In this document: in pieces, positions 31,954 to 46,332 of the stretch
How positions within the stretch are numbered: the stretch's first letter is position 1
Layout: each line of letters opens with the position of its first letter
From: the human T2T-CHM13v2.0 reference genome, Homo sapiens
Reading direction: 5' to 3' (one strand)
Assembly: GCF_009914755.1 (NCBI RefSeq)
Contig: NC_060939.1
Length of the DNA stretch: 64,000 nucleotides
Position numbers and translations under genes: made by a program
Notes under the pieces: generated by a model
What the model was told of the DNA's origin: nothing
Seen by the model: the letters and a program-made list of their open reading frames with translations, nothing else
Databases searched by the model: none

Positions 31954-33073
31954 CTGTCCTTCCCCCAAAGCTGTTAAACAGCTACCAAACCTGCCAGTCT
32001 CCATTTCTTAGAAATTTCTGTGAGAACACTCCATGAATCAGTGGGAGTTGTTTACAAAAGATTAAAAGAAAAATCACTTGTGTATCTGTAGTCTGAGGTG
32101 GGAAGGTGCACCCCTCTTTCCTTTTATCTGGGTAAAATCTGCCTTGGTACATTCTTGTGATGCCACCATGTTTACCCTGGAATAATTATTTATTGCCTAG
32201 TTACCCTTTGGAGCCATGTTGAGCACAACATCCAGTGTACCTCTTCAGATATTTTAATACAATCATGTTGTCACCCCGCATCTTCTTTTTGCCAGCCTGC
32301 TGAATAATTTTATTTCCTTAAACTGATTTCTGTGCTTTGGGGCTTGCTGTTTATTATCCTGACTCTTCCCTTTAGAGTGTGGTTAATGAGTCATAACGCG
32401 CAGGTCTCCTCACCTGTGTGAGCTCTGATGTGCTGGGCTTGGAAACAAGGAATGTTATTGGGATTGATTAGTGATGCCTTGATTGGGCTTGGGAAGGGGG
32501 AATGGCTACATCTGTGCTGCCTCTTTGCCAGTTCTATGGTTTTTCAATCTTTCCAATCATGGTTACCTAGGTGCCGATTAATCCTGCTAGTTGCTCGAAA
32601 ATTTGAGATGAGTCTCTATTCTTTATTAAAGACGATGAGCTTCATAAATGTTTACAATATTTCATTATATTTGACTACAAATGCCTGTATGCATTCTTTA
32701 ATGGCAGGGAATGATGCAAATAAATATGAACAGGTTATCGTACATTGTCTAAATGTATTCACATTTAAAATGTAAGTAAAAAACAATATGTAGCGGATTG
32801 TAATTTTTCAAGAGATGACCTTAGGATGGGTGAAATTGTCAGGGGCTGGCCTGGTTTCCCAGAATAATCCTTTAAATTAAGAATTCTCTCATTGGGGGCA
32901 GTGTATCCAGAGGTGGAGGAACTGAATCAAGGATAGTTTTAAAAACTGGATCATCTGATGGCTGTGTATTAAATAGGTTTAATTCTTTTGATTGTATTTC
33001 CTGTCTGCATCTGAGGCCGTATCCACTGCAGAATAATAAAATGGAGGTACTGGCAACTATTTGTATTTGAATT

Positions 33074-33394
<321 letters not shown>

Positions 33395-34138
33395 TGTATC
33401 TGAATTATTGTTTCCAAACCCAGCTGCCTTCAGCCTAAACAGTGGCAAGCACTTGTCATCATATCCTGAAGTCATAGACATAATTATCACACCTCTTAGC
33501 TGCAAATCTAGGCTTCACCATCAGTTAACTGTTTGAGGCCCTTTTACTTAGTAACCCAAATACTTGGTAATTGAGTATATGTAGGGATATATTTTTCTTT
33601 AAGATTACTACGTGTGACATACATTACCCTGGAATAGAATGCTCTCATTCACAGCCATTTCTGTTTAACGTGGGAGACATTTCTGGGTTTTTGCTTCTCT
33701 CTGTCTTTCCTATTCTGTGACTGTCACTGCTCTATTGGAATCACTTTTCTCCTGGTGGTGTCCAGTGATCTTTGGATGGTCCACTGAAGGTAGATACCTC
33801 CCAGCCCTTTCTGTGCTGGGACTAAGATGGCACATACAGTATTCTGTAGCTCCCTCTGGCCAAAGCAGAAGCTATCATCACTACCCACTGTGTAAGATTC
33901 CTCCTGTACAGCAGCACCCTTCACTGGGTAGTGCTTAGTTTTTAATCTATATTTTTTATTCTTTCTTTTGGATTTCCAAATATAAAAATACCACCACTAC
34001 TGCCTCCCGCCAGCACTCCGCCTTGTGAGGAAAGCACTGTGTAACTTTGTTGACAAATGTCTGCTTAATTATGTTTAATGATTCAGAAATAAAACAGGGA
34101 GAAGTCCCACATTTTAATTTCAAACTAAAGACTGCTAG

Positions 34139-34412
<274 letters not shown>

Positions 34413-34985
34413 CCCGATACAGATTTTTAAAATGTAGGTGATTAATAACTCACTTGTAGCTCTGGAGCTGTTCAACAGAAGTTGCAACTCAAGAACGCTA
34501 TTTAGTAATTAATAAGAAAAGTTTGGGGAAACAAAGTTCTACATTGTGCTCTGCTGATCTTTTTCTTTGAAATCTTACTGCAGATGCTGTTTCTCTGTGG
34601 AGGCAAGGAGGAGGACCTTGACTAGTCTCTGATGGGGCAAGGAGTTTGTTCGATTGTGCCAGTCTGAAATATGGCAGGTTAGAGGGGTGGAGAAAGCCAA
34701 GTATTGCAGGGGTAAGAAACGCTAGGCAGACAAACCTTGTCACGAGTTTAGTGAGCCCAGAAGTCAACAAATGAGTAGGGGCAAGAAACTGGCAGGGCGA
34801 CCATAGATTTCATATGGTTATTGGATTAATTTATTTTTGCTTTAAAATTTTATCGAGTGAGCCATAATTTATTGGGCTGAGTTGAGTTTTGTCCAGGGGA
34901 TTGAAGTTTGGATTTATCCCAGGAAACAGCTTTCATCTAAAGTCATGCTCCAGCAAATTATGCTGATTTTAAACAGAGCAGCCTA

Positions 34986-35300
34986 TTAAAAATAGGTCAG
35001 ATTTCAACAGGACAGTGGAACGTTTGGTTTGAGGAAACTTTGAATACATCAGTAACTATTATGAGATGTTCTGCTGTGATCACGTGGCCTGCCTGTCATC
35101 AGGAAAGGGAGAAAATGGAGGGGAGGACTCTTACATTCCAGTCAATTCACGTAGCCTCTTGATGCCAAAAATTAGAAAGGGGAAGCATATCAGATGTGTA
35201 CAGCTCAAATTCCATTTGTACTTAAGGTTACGTAACAGCTCATAGTGTAATAGCTTTGGCCCGTGTCCAGTGAGCCTGTAGATATTGGCGGCTTTGCGTG
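34986..35300. promoter_or_regulatory. Candidate enhancer with RORE/MEF2, E-box, TEAD, HRE, D-box and XRE motifs
   Basis: AAAATAGGTCA 34989-34999; CACGTG 35081-35086; ACATTCCA 35133-35140; CACGTA 35148-35153; GTTACGTAAC 35227-35236; TTGCGTG 35294-35300; motif matches only, no functional data. Confidence 0.4.
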
Positions 35301-36039
35301 CTTAAAAGGCCCCCATCAATCAGTCATGATGCCTGGTCCTACACCCAGTTGCCATGTTTGTTTAAGCCGGCTTTGGAGGTTGTATAAATAGTGTTAGCAA
35401 CCTGCTCTCCCACCCTTGGTGATAAATGGCACCTTTAAAAATCCTTTGGCACATTCTTAGGATGCGAAGGAGTAGAACTGGATCCATTGACATCTTTGGT
35501 GGTTATCAGCCTCCTTCTGCATATGTTCTTGTGGCATCTCCAGGAGGGAAGTGTGGAGGGTGCCTGGGGCATCCGTACCGCCCTGGCTTCTTGGGCCTCT
35601 GCAGCCTCTGCCTGTCTGAATCAGCTAGTGGAGTATCCTGCCTCGTGGAAACTGGCAAGGGCTGCACAGGGACTCCCAAATGAAACTGTGACTCAGGACT
35701 GGACAAGCGAATTCGAGTTCACACAGAATGGAAAGGTGTACTTTTTCCCCTTTAAAAAAAAAAACACAAAGATTGCTACAACATGTTGGCATTGATTCAT
35801 GCAGTCACTTTTTGTTCTGTACAAACAGTGGCCTTGGGGTAGCAGGAAGAGCAATGGGCAAAGGACACAACCTCAGTGCAAAAGCCCTAGCTCCCTTGGA
35901 CCACAGTTGCATATCTAGAAAATTAAGAAATAACTTCCTCTTGTTGTGAGGTTCCGGCGAGATGCCATGTGTAAAGCACGTGTATCAGTGTTGGACATTC
36001 CACTATTGGTGACTGGGTGCCTGCTGTATGCTTATCCTC

Positions 36040-36385
36040 CAGGTAGAGCTTCCAGGAGCAAGTGGGACTGGGCGTGTGCAGATGTAGGGGAAGGGTGTTC
36101 CAGGCAGAGGGAACCACAGAAGCAAAGGTGCTTGGGCAGAAAATACAGGTGTTAGGAAACATCGGCGAGTGTCCTTCCTCTGGAGCAAAGAACTTATAAA
36201 GGGGAACAGTGTAGGACGAGGTTGGCCTGGAAGTTTGGGGCCAGATTATAGAGGGCCTCAAACAGGAGGCTAAAGAAACTGGACTGCCTTTTATGGGCAG
36301 TGAGGAGTTATTGGGGTTTGTAAGCAGGAGAGTAGTATGATCAGAGCTGAGCTTCAGGAAAATTAATCTGGCAGCAAAATCCTGC
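36040..36385 (-). mobile_element. L2 fragment
   Basis: ggaagggtgttccaggcagagggaacc...ggccagattatagagggcct...taagcaggagagtagtatgatcaga. Confidence 0.8.
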
Positions 36386-37904
36386 AAAACCTCTTTGGAA
36401 CAAAAGGGGTGAAAATAAATAATTTGAAAATTTGGCAGTCATGTTTTCAAATATGTTCTGAAATGTGTAAGCTATAATATGTATTTTGAAATGATAACAT
36501 CTTTCTTTTTCTGTTCCTGCACAGCAGCCAAATTCCTTGTTCATTCTTTATTTCTTTTCCTCATTCCCTCCCTCCCTCCGTCTCTCTCTCATTTTTCCTG
36601 TGTTTCTGTTTCTTTCATTGTTTCTCCTGGTTTCAGTGTGTCTTCCTTTCTCACTCACCCAGTCCCTCCCTCACTCTTTGCCCTGTTCTGTCTTTCATGG
36701 TTAGTGGTGTTTTGGGGGTGTGTCTAAACCGAGCCAGGGACTGTGAGTTCCAGGACAGTCCTTCAAAAAGGTCCATCTGCTGGTTTTTGTGCCCAGCATA
36801 CCCGCTGTGAATGGACTACATTACTGAAGGCTGTGAAATCACCCAAATTTGATCTTCAACTCTCATCATACAAAGTATCGGTATTTTGAATTTGTAGGTG
36901 AATCATTTGTAATTCATGGGGGCAATGTTTCTACAATTGAACTTTCTGGACTCATCACCAAAAGGTTCAGTCAGCTTCTGTAACTTGTGGGTTAGCAAGT
37001 GGATTCTATAGATACGCCCCATGTCCCTGCCCAGGCAAACTTAATAAATGTGTTCAGACCTTAGGTGTTCATGGATTTAACTCACAGGTTTGTGATTCTT
37101 TGTGGGTTCCCCTGTGGGTCTGTGGCACAGAGTTGGGCTGAGGTATGAATCCGAGAAGTCTACTTTGCAAGACACATGTTATGGAAAAGGGTCATTTATC
37201 CTTATTGTTCTGCGCATTCATGCATTTGTAACAATGCTTGTTAATTAAAACATTGTGTTGTGTCTGTGAAAAACAGCCATCAGGTGAGAGCAATATTTAG
37301 TGAAATCTGAAAGTAGGGTTAACTTGTAGTGTGAGGCTATGCACAGGAAAACGCATATGGCTCTCCATAGAAATGTGATTCAAGCGAAAGCTGGGAGCCT
37401 CTATAAACATTCTTGTATTTGTGGATCTGGGAATTCAAGAAGGTTTCAGATGTATGCCTCAGGAATGTCAAGAGTCTGCTGTATATCCAAATTTACAAAA
37501 CAGATAAATTATTGAATGACTATTCAGGTTGCAAAACGATTCTTCATTTTATTAAATATTTACTGCACATTTACCCTAGAGAAGTTCTTTAGTAAATATA
37601 GTACTTGATTTACAGAAATTCAGTGCGTATGACTGTTTCTGGATATATGTATTGTGTTAAGTGGGATCCTTTCTCCATAGCATGAAGAAATTTTAAGATA
37701 ATCTTTTCTCCATTTGATAAATGAGTTTGTATATATGAAAGGTACTTGTTCAGTAATTATAGATTTGGTTTTTTACCATGAGGAATTTTGTATCTTAGAT
37801 GACTAATTTTCAAAACTGATAAAAAATGTTCCTATTTGTCGTGTTCAGCCATCAGCAGTTTCACTGTCCTTTGGCTTTGGCTCATGTAGTATAACCATTA
37901 AAAC

Positions 37905-38075
37905 CCTGAGTCTGATGTTCACCTGCTCCGGGACTAAAGGCCTCAGATTCCCCATTAGGGAAAGGAGGATAATAGTAGTATCCCCCTCAAAGGTTTGGGA
38001 GAAGATTAAATGAAATAGTTCCTACACCTGACACCTGGTATGGGCTCAATAAATGTTAGCTATTATTACTATTTA
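37905..38075. mobile_element. MIR
   Basis: gcctcagattcccc...gaagattaaatga...gctcaataaatgttagctatt. Confidence 0.7.
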
Positions 38076-38830
38076 CTGTTATTTTTCTAGTCCCAAAGAT
38101 GAGGTCAGCTAACTTATGCTGAGTAATATTTTATTTCCAAAGGAGTGTTTTTTATTCAACTTTTCACATTTTGATTTTGTTCTCTCTGTGGACTATTGCG
38201 CATTTTCCCAAATGAGGAATGTTTGGCATCTCACTTAAACCGTGGCGTCCAGCAGTCACAGGAAATGCTGCCTTATTTGGTGCTTGGATTAAAAGTGTTC
38301 TCAGAGTTCACTGATTTATATCCCTGTCCAGCTGTACCATAACCTGGTATAGTTGTAAGAAATAAAATTTAAAAAAGGAAGAAATAGAAAGGAAAAAAGA
38401 AGACAAGGAGATGTGTTACTTGTTTGTAAATCTGAGGTTGATCCTGTAGCTGTCACAGTCCTGTTTCTAGGGGTAGCTATTGCTTGTCCAGTGCTGCCTT
38501 GGTTCCGACATATCCTAGCTAAGCTCTGCTCCTTGACTTTGACGGTCCACATAGGCCAACACCCACAGTTAACCCACGCTTACTTTCCCACCATTCCACT
38601 TTACACTCTACCAAGCACTTCACTCTGAACTTGCTCATGTAGTGACTTCTGCTAGGATTCCTGCCAGTGCTGTTCATTTACCCAGATTCTATCTAATCTT
38701 CAGGGTCCAACTCAAAGCTTACCAGATCCATGAAGGCATCCCCAACTACCTGACTCCTCACTGATTTCTTCCTTATTCAACTTGCGTATCCTTTTCAGCC
38801 TGGGCCCTATAACAGAGTACCCTATTTTAA

Positions 38831-39239
<409 letters not shown>

Positions 39240-39509
39240 AGGTCAGATTTTTGTAACTCTGTTGTATACAGTTGCTTGGTCAAGCTCATATGGCCAATGA
39301 GACTAAGAACTTGAACACACCAAGTCTACCAGCCCTGTTGCTCACATATGGTTTTACGTCACTTATTTCTTGAATGTTAATATTAAATGTTAATATTATC
39401 TCCTTAAGTAGTCTGTAGTATTTTTGATGTTGAGAGAGATGTCTTTTACTTCAGAACCTGTTAATGGCGTTTGACCCTGAACCCAGCTCATTAAAGACTT
39501 GGTCCCTAA

Positions 39510-39690
39510 TAGTAGTAATGTTTATTGAATATTTACTATGTGGCAGGCAGTGTGCTGGGCTGCTTTACAAGAAGCATCTCACACAGTCCTCCGAGCACTT
39601 CTGTAAGACAAAGGACATTATTAAGTTTAGGTTTAGGGAGGTTTAGCAACTTGCTAAGATCAGATAGATCCAACAGCTAGTAAGCGGCTT
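39510..39690. mobile_element. MIR
   Basis: gtttattgaatatttactatgtggcaggca...gcaacttgctaagatca...acagctagtaag. Confidence 0.7.
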
Positions 39691-41453
39691 TAACTCATCA
39701 CAAAGATTGGTCATCATGGGAAATTTTTTGCCCTATTTTTAAAATTCATATTTCTACATAGCTTAAAAGTGGAAGGTATCGTTGACAGTGGGCTGCATTG
39801 CTGGGTTTGGGGGCAAGGGGAAGATCTGCTCTGTTGAGAGCTCAATGCCCAGGGATGGTAAATGGAGACTCTGGTGGGGGAGGGAAAGAGCTAGCCCTTT
39901 GTCCTGTTGGGATTCTTTACTTTAGAAAAGAGCAGGCTTATGTATCTCTTGCCAGAATTTCACATTTTAGTTGGATTAAATTATGTCAGTACCATCATAT
40001 TCTACTTAAACAAGAGGTACAATGCCTTTTCTCTTAAGTGTCCTTAGCTCTAGACTCGAATGGATGAGAACCCTGGAAATGTGGCCCCAAGTAGTACAAA
40101 GAAAGACTAGAGATGTCTACACATTCTTATGAATGCGTGTGGGATTTTCATTGTGCACAGTAGTGTATGCCTGTTTGTCTTAATAGAAAAATGCTTTTAT
40201 ATTCCTTGCTATTGAGGAAAAAAGATATGATTTTTGGATATTTTAAAAATTGGGTTGATAAAAAGAGTGCTAATGCTACATTATAATAAGTTCTGGGTCC
40301 AGGCAGCCTCTCTCTCTTTGTTGGTGTTATATATTGAGAACAGAAATTCATACACATAAGTGTTGGGGCATTCCACACGGGGAGATGTTCAGCATGTTGC
40401 CAAAGAAGTGGTTCCATGCTACATTTTCAGGCATAGGAATTACATATAGGAATTTCGGTAGGTATTTCTTCATGCTGAGAAGCCAAGTTACTTCTATAAT
40501 ATCATGGACCCAAAGTGTTTCTGATTTCAGTAACGACAACTGTTGCTCTTTATTTTGACCCATGTAAATAATTATCTTGTCTTCACATGTAAATAACCTA
40601 ACTCAAAGACTTACAGACCTCTGGATCTGAGCTCTTCATGAAAAACTCTCAAACCTTTTCATATTAGCTCTTCTTTGCAATGGTGGGTTTCAGCTATGAA
40701 AGAAAAAAGTTTCCTAAATAAGTCAATTTCTGAATAATAAAATAATTCATTGTATCCAGGTCTTTACTTTTGTGTTTTGAGAACATTTGTTTTCTCATTA
40801 AAAAAAAACAATTCAACAGTAAGTTTAAGAACACTAGTCATGACCTACCCAGTCCTTCCCCCTCCCCATAGCTAGTATTCGAGTGGATAAATAAAGCAAG
40901 CTTTCCTAGGAGGCACTTTTTATTGCAATGTTTCTACAAACTAATATTCAACCACTGTCTGCATTGACTCGTTTCTTTTTTTGAGTGTGTTGTTCTCTAC
41001 TGAAGCTGTCTGTGCCTTCACCAGCCTCTGTCCAGGCTGCTATTCTCAATTTTAACCATCCGCTCTACATCTTCAGAGATGTAAGTACCATTCTTACTAT
41101 GAATGGAATGGAATAATAATACTTGATTAAATATTACTCCATTAAATAATTTACAGCTAAGCATTTTGCACACTAATAAGCCTTCACAAATAATATTATA
41201 AACAGAACAAGCAAAGATCATTAAATGGACTCATCACTAATATAAAACCTCCCAGCCAACTGGAAGGTCCTGTGACTATTCCTTCACTTGTGTCTGTTGA
41301 GTAGTTTAAAATGTGTTGTTTGGTGGTATTATTGATTTTTGGCTTGGCTGTCTCTTTTTGCTCCAAACCAGGATAGTTTGTGTCTACATGACAGGGCTTC
41401 ACCAAATGTTCTCATGAATTGCGCTTCACCTCCTAAAGTGTTTCTGAAACTAA

Positions 41454-41855
<402 letters not shown>

Positions 41856-42117
41856 CTAGTGATTTTTCTTTAAAAATGTGCGTAGTTTCTTTATTAATAT
41901 CATTGCAAGAATTTTTTTTTTCATTCAGCTAATACTCAGGTTTTTTTCTACCAATTTTTTCAAAGTGAGGTTTAGGCGCATTTATATATCCACAGTGATA
42001 AACACTTTATTTGATGTATTTGTTCTACGCATCTTAGATTGTGACCAGTTTACTCTAAGTTGGGTTTGGGGTCATGCTTTTACTGTTGTTGTTACTATTA
42101 CTGTTATCTGTTATCAA

Positions 42118-42902
42118 TTTTATTTTTAACTTTTAAGTTCAGAGATACATGTGCAGGATGTGTAGGTTTGTTACATAGCTAAATGTGCGTCATGGGGGTT
42201 TGTTGTACAGATTACTTCATCACCCAGGTATTAAGCCTAGGATCCATTAGTTATTTTTCCTGATTCTCTTCCTCCTCCCACCCTCTGCCCTTCCATAGGC
42301 CCCTGTGTATGGTGTTCCCCTCTATGTATCCATGTGTTCTCATAATTTAGCTCCCACTTATAAGTGAGAACATGCAGTATTTGGTTTTCTGTTCCTGTGT
42401 TAGTTTGCTAAAAATGGCCTGCAGCTCCATCCATGTCCCTGCAAAGCACATGATCTTGTTCTTTTTTGGCTGCATAGTATTCCATGGTGTGTATGTACCA
42501 CATTTTCTTTAGTCAGTCTATCCTTGATGGGCATTTGGGTTCCATGGCTTTGCTATTGTGAATAGTGCTGCAATGAACATATGCATGCATGTGTCTTTAT
42601 AACAGAACGATTTACATTCCTTTGGCTATATACCCAGTAATGGGATTGCTGGGTCGAATGGTATTTCTGACTTTAGGTCTTTGAGGAATTGCCACACTGT
42701 CTTCCACAATGGCTGAACTAATTTACACTCCCACCAACAGTGTATAAGCATTTCTTTTTCTCCACAACCTCACCAGCATCTGTTATTTTTTGTCACTTTG
42801 ATAATAGCCATTCTGACTGGTGTGAGTTGGTGTCTCATTGTGGCTTTGATTTACATTTCTCTAATGATCAGTGATGCTGAGCTTTTAAAAAATATGCTTG
42901 TT
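42118..42902 (-). mobile_element. L1PA13-16-like 5'-truncated L1
   Basis: L1 3'UTR/ORF2-end reverse complement, collinear with 18879-19628. Confidence 0.9.
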
Positions 42903-44369
42903 ATTGTCAATTTTATAGTAGGGAAATTTCACTATAACTTTTGCTGATGTGGGGTTATTCCGAATTTTGCCTATTATCGTTCACATTTTTGGTCATGTAT
43001 ACCTCAAATTTTCAGTCTTTAACAAACAACATTCCTATGAGTAAACATATTCCTGTTTAAGAAGAATGATATTTGAGTCAAAGTCGTAGTCACAAAGAAA
43101 TTAATACTAAACAGTGTGACTGCCTGGAAGATATGCCCGACAAAATGAAATACTTAGGATGTAAAAGTACAGGAGTAGACTTTTGGGTGGCTTAGTATGG
43201 CAGTGTTAGATGCTTGTCTTTACAGAAGGAAATGGGAGAAAGTTCATTGTTTTTATCATTTCATCATGCTGTGTTAATACTTGATATTTAGAAAATTGTA
43301 CGTGTCCAAGAAAAACTGAAAATAATCTTATTATCCCATGATGTTTTTATATAAACCTACAGATCTAGACTTCTACCCATTGCTATATCTGTAATAAGCA
43401 TTATGGAATAATGCTGATGTTCTTCCATTCTTTGATATGCATGAGGATATTTTTAAATTTAGATGTTTTATATCCAAAACAGTTCCAGACACTACCCGCA
43501 AAAATAATCAAGCTTCATGTGGTGAAGAGAACGAGGGATATGTTCCTGGGAAAAGCCCTTAGCCAGAAGGCTTAAAACCAGATAGAAACTTTAAAAATAG
43601 CCTTTTGTGAGGCAAATGTAACTTGCTGAAAATCGTCTTGCACAGTTTTGAAACTAGGATGAACCCCCTGCCACCCAGGAGTCCAGGACCACTCTGTGGT
43701 CTGATGCCAGGAGGATGTACTTGCATATTTCAGATGCTTCATATTTTGTTTTTGATGTTCTGAGCTGGTAGAGTTGGGTGCAGCTCTTCTTGGATTGATA
43801 AACCATGTTCCCAGATGTTGAATTCAAGAAGGAATTTTTAACTCTTCCATGTTTAAAAATGATTTCTATGGCTGAGAGCTAATACACTCCCTCAAATCAA
43901 TTTGGGAAATTTTTTTGAGAAGAAATTGAGTCTTTTTCACATTTGAGTAACTTTATACACGACGCGCAACATGCCCTGTAAATATAGATAGGCCACCTAC
44001 AAAGTGCACTGGGTGATATTTTATACTGCAGATGTTCTAGTTTGCACCTGATGAAACATGTAAAATGCTTATCAAAAAAAATGAATTATACAGTCCCACA
44101 CAACCGTTTGCTTGGTATTTGCTAAATTTGATTCGGCCTTTAGATGATAAAAATGAACCAGTCCACAGTAAACACTTAATGTGAAAAGAGATAACGGCAA
44201 ACTGGAAACTTTCTTATCCTGTCATTTTGATCCATTTTTGAAAGAAAGCATCCTGACAGCAACAAGGAAATACCAGCTTGGAATTCATACCTATTTGATT
44301 TGGCAAATGTGAATAAACTATTCTTTCAGAGGATCCAGGAAGTGAAAACATGGGCCAGTGACTGAAAAA

Positions 44370-44460
44370 CCACCTTAGAGATTATCTGATTAACTCTCTC
44401 ATTGTACAGATGGGGAAACTGATGCTCAGAGGTGTCTAATGAGCTTCTAGGAACAAGTGA
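44370..44460. mobile_element. MIR fragment
   Basis: accttagagattatct...cattgtacagatggggaaactga. Confidence 0.7.
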
Positions 44461-44472
44461 GGGTGGGGGCTG

Positions 44473-44627
44473 AAAGTCAAAATAAATACCCTGACTTATC
44501 TTACCATTCCATCTCCTGCTGGTCAAATCCAGCTGGAAACCAAAGGGCAAGGGCTCCTTTCTGGGACATAGAATGGGACAAATAATGGCAGAGAATAGAT
44601 CCGGGAAGGCAGAGAACAATCAACACA
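44473..44627 (-). mobile_element. LTR33-like ERVL fragment
   Basis: aataaataccc...atctcctgc...ggaaaccaaagggcaaggg...gagaatagatccgggaaggcagagaa. Confidence 0.55.
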
Positions 44628-45039
44628 GTGATTACAGAATAAAAAGATCCTTTAGGAATGCAGTCATCTGTTTATTCAGTAAATTTCCGTATCTTACTAA
44701 TCACAACAGCATCCACGTACACTTAAAATAGTGCCTATATGTATGTGTGATACTTGTTTACATAACAAGCTTGCTGATGTTTGGTGCAGTGTATGGGTTC
44801 AGGCTTCTCTGACAACAATACCAAGACCTTCCGGGGATCCACGGTCTTCTGCATGGGGGATTTCTGCAGAAGGAAATATAACACTCAATGGACAAATCCC
44901 CAGCTGGAAGAGGTCTCTGTTTATTAGTACTGCTTTTTGAATATAAAATCAACTCTATCTTTTAGGAAGATAGCTAAATGTTGCTGGAAGTTGGAATGAG
45001 AGTTTTAATTACGAGCTAGACACTGTATGAGACATCTTT

Positions 45040-45485
45040 CCTGTGCTGCCTCAGGTCCTCTTGACTGTAATCAACTCAGGAGTCTTGGCTCAGTCCCTGT
45101 GAAAACTGTCCTCATGTGGACAAATGCCACAGCTCCTAGCCTCATGTCTGCCACCCTGGGGCTCCCTGTTGACTCTGAGGGGCAAGACTCCCAGGACCCC
45201 ATGGATGCTCAGCCATGTGCAACCAGGAGGGTAGGGAGGTGGCACTGCTGGGAGATGGGAATTAGTGAAGTTCTTTTGCTTACCCCTCTCTGAACGGACT
45301 GTCCTGATGCTGCCTTTATGATGGTTCCTCATGATCCCAGGCTCAGTTGCACTGGACGCCAAGCAGAGGTCAGTTGGGGAACATGCCCCATCCTGTTTTC
45401 TCTCCCTCCTTCCCTGCCGCACTCTCCATTGCTCTCCACCCTGAATAAAGTAGTGGCTCTGCTTCAGGGAACCCAGGCTGAGATA
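45040..45485 (+). mobile_element. LTR16-family ERVL LTR
   Basis: ccatgtgcaaccaggagg...ccctccttccctg...AATAAA...ggctctgcttcagggaacccaggctgaga. Confidence 0.65.
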
Positions 45486-46149
45486 GATACCAGGGCCTCC
45501 CTTTTGGGGGTTCTCTTTTGAGGTCCAGTTTTCAAAGGAACTGATTGGGCAACTGCAAAATGAGTATGTGAAGACATTAAGTGGACCAATTTGTAATTCG
45601 ATTATTATAATTATCTGGATACCTCTTTGGCTCAAAAGGCAAATGTTGATCTGTTTTAAGAACAGAGAATCATAACGCATAGAGCCCTAACCTGCCTTCC
45701 TAGCCTCACCTGATGCCTTCTCAACCCTCATCTAGGGCTTATTCCTTTCCTTTATGACTTGCCAGGAACAAGGGAAGAATAGGAAAAGTCAAAATAAATA
45801 CCCTGGCTTCTCTTGCCATTTCATCTCCTGCTTGCTGCTAGCTTCCTTCTGACAAGGGAGAAGTAACTGGGATTCACTTTTCCATTTTCCTAGCTGGATG
45901 ATCCCTCCCTGACAATCCAGAATGAGATGATGGTGCCCGGGCATGGGGGGAGTATCCACGTGTGCTGATACCTCCTCACCTACCCTTCCCCAGAGTAGAT
46001 ACACATTGCCCCCAAAGAACATTTCACAGTTCTTTATTTCCAGCAGTAGATGGAATCGGGAGAAGTGTATTGGAAGTTTTGCTTGGGATCCAGCTGCCTT
46101 AGTCTCCCCTACTGTGTCTTGTTACTACATAGTGCTGGTGACCATGGGC

Positions 46150-46332
46150 AACAGTGTATGAGACATGTCTGTAGCCTTAGGCCTGGTGCTGGCACAGCAG
46201 GTCCTCTGTTCCTGGCTAAGTAGCTTCAAAGCTGGCTCTCCTGGAGGTTCTGCGAGCTGCCTGATGTCCTTTAAATATATTTTCCCCTGGAACCAGCTAG
46301 GGTGGGTTCTATTTGCAACAGACCAAGAGAGC
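46150..46332 (+). mobile_element. Old MLT1 LTR 3' part
   Basis: ggttctgcgagctgcctgatgtcctttaaatatattttccc...ccagctagggtgggttct...gcaac. Confidence 0.5.
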
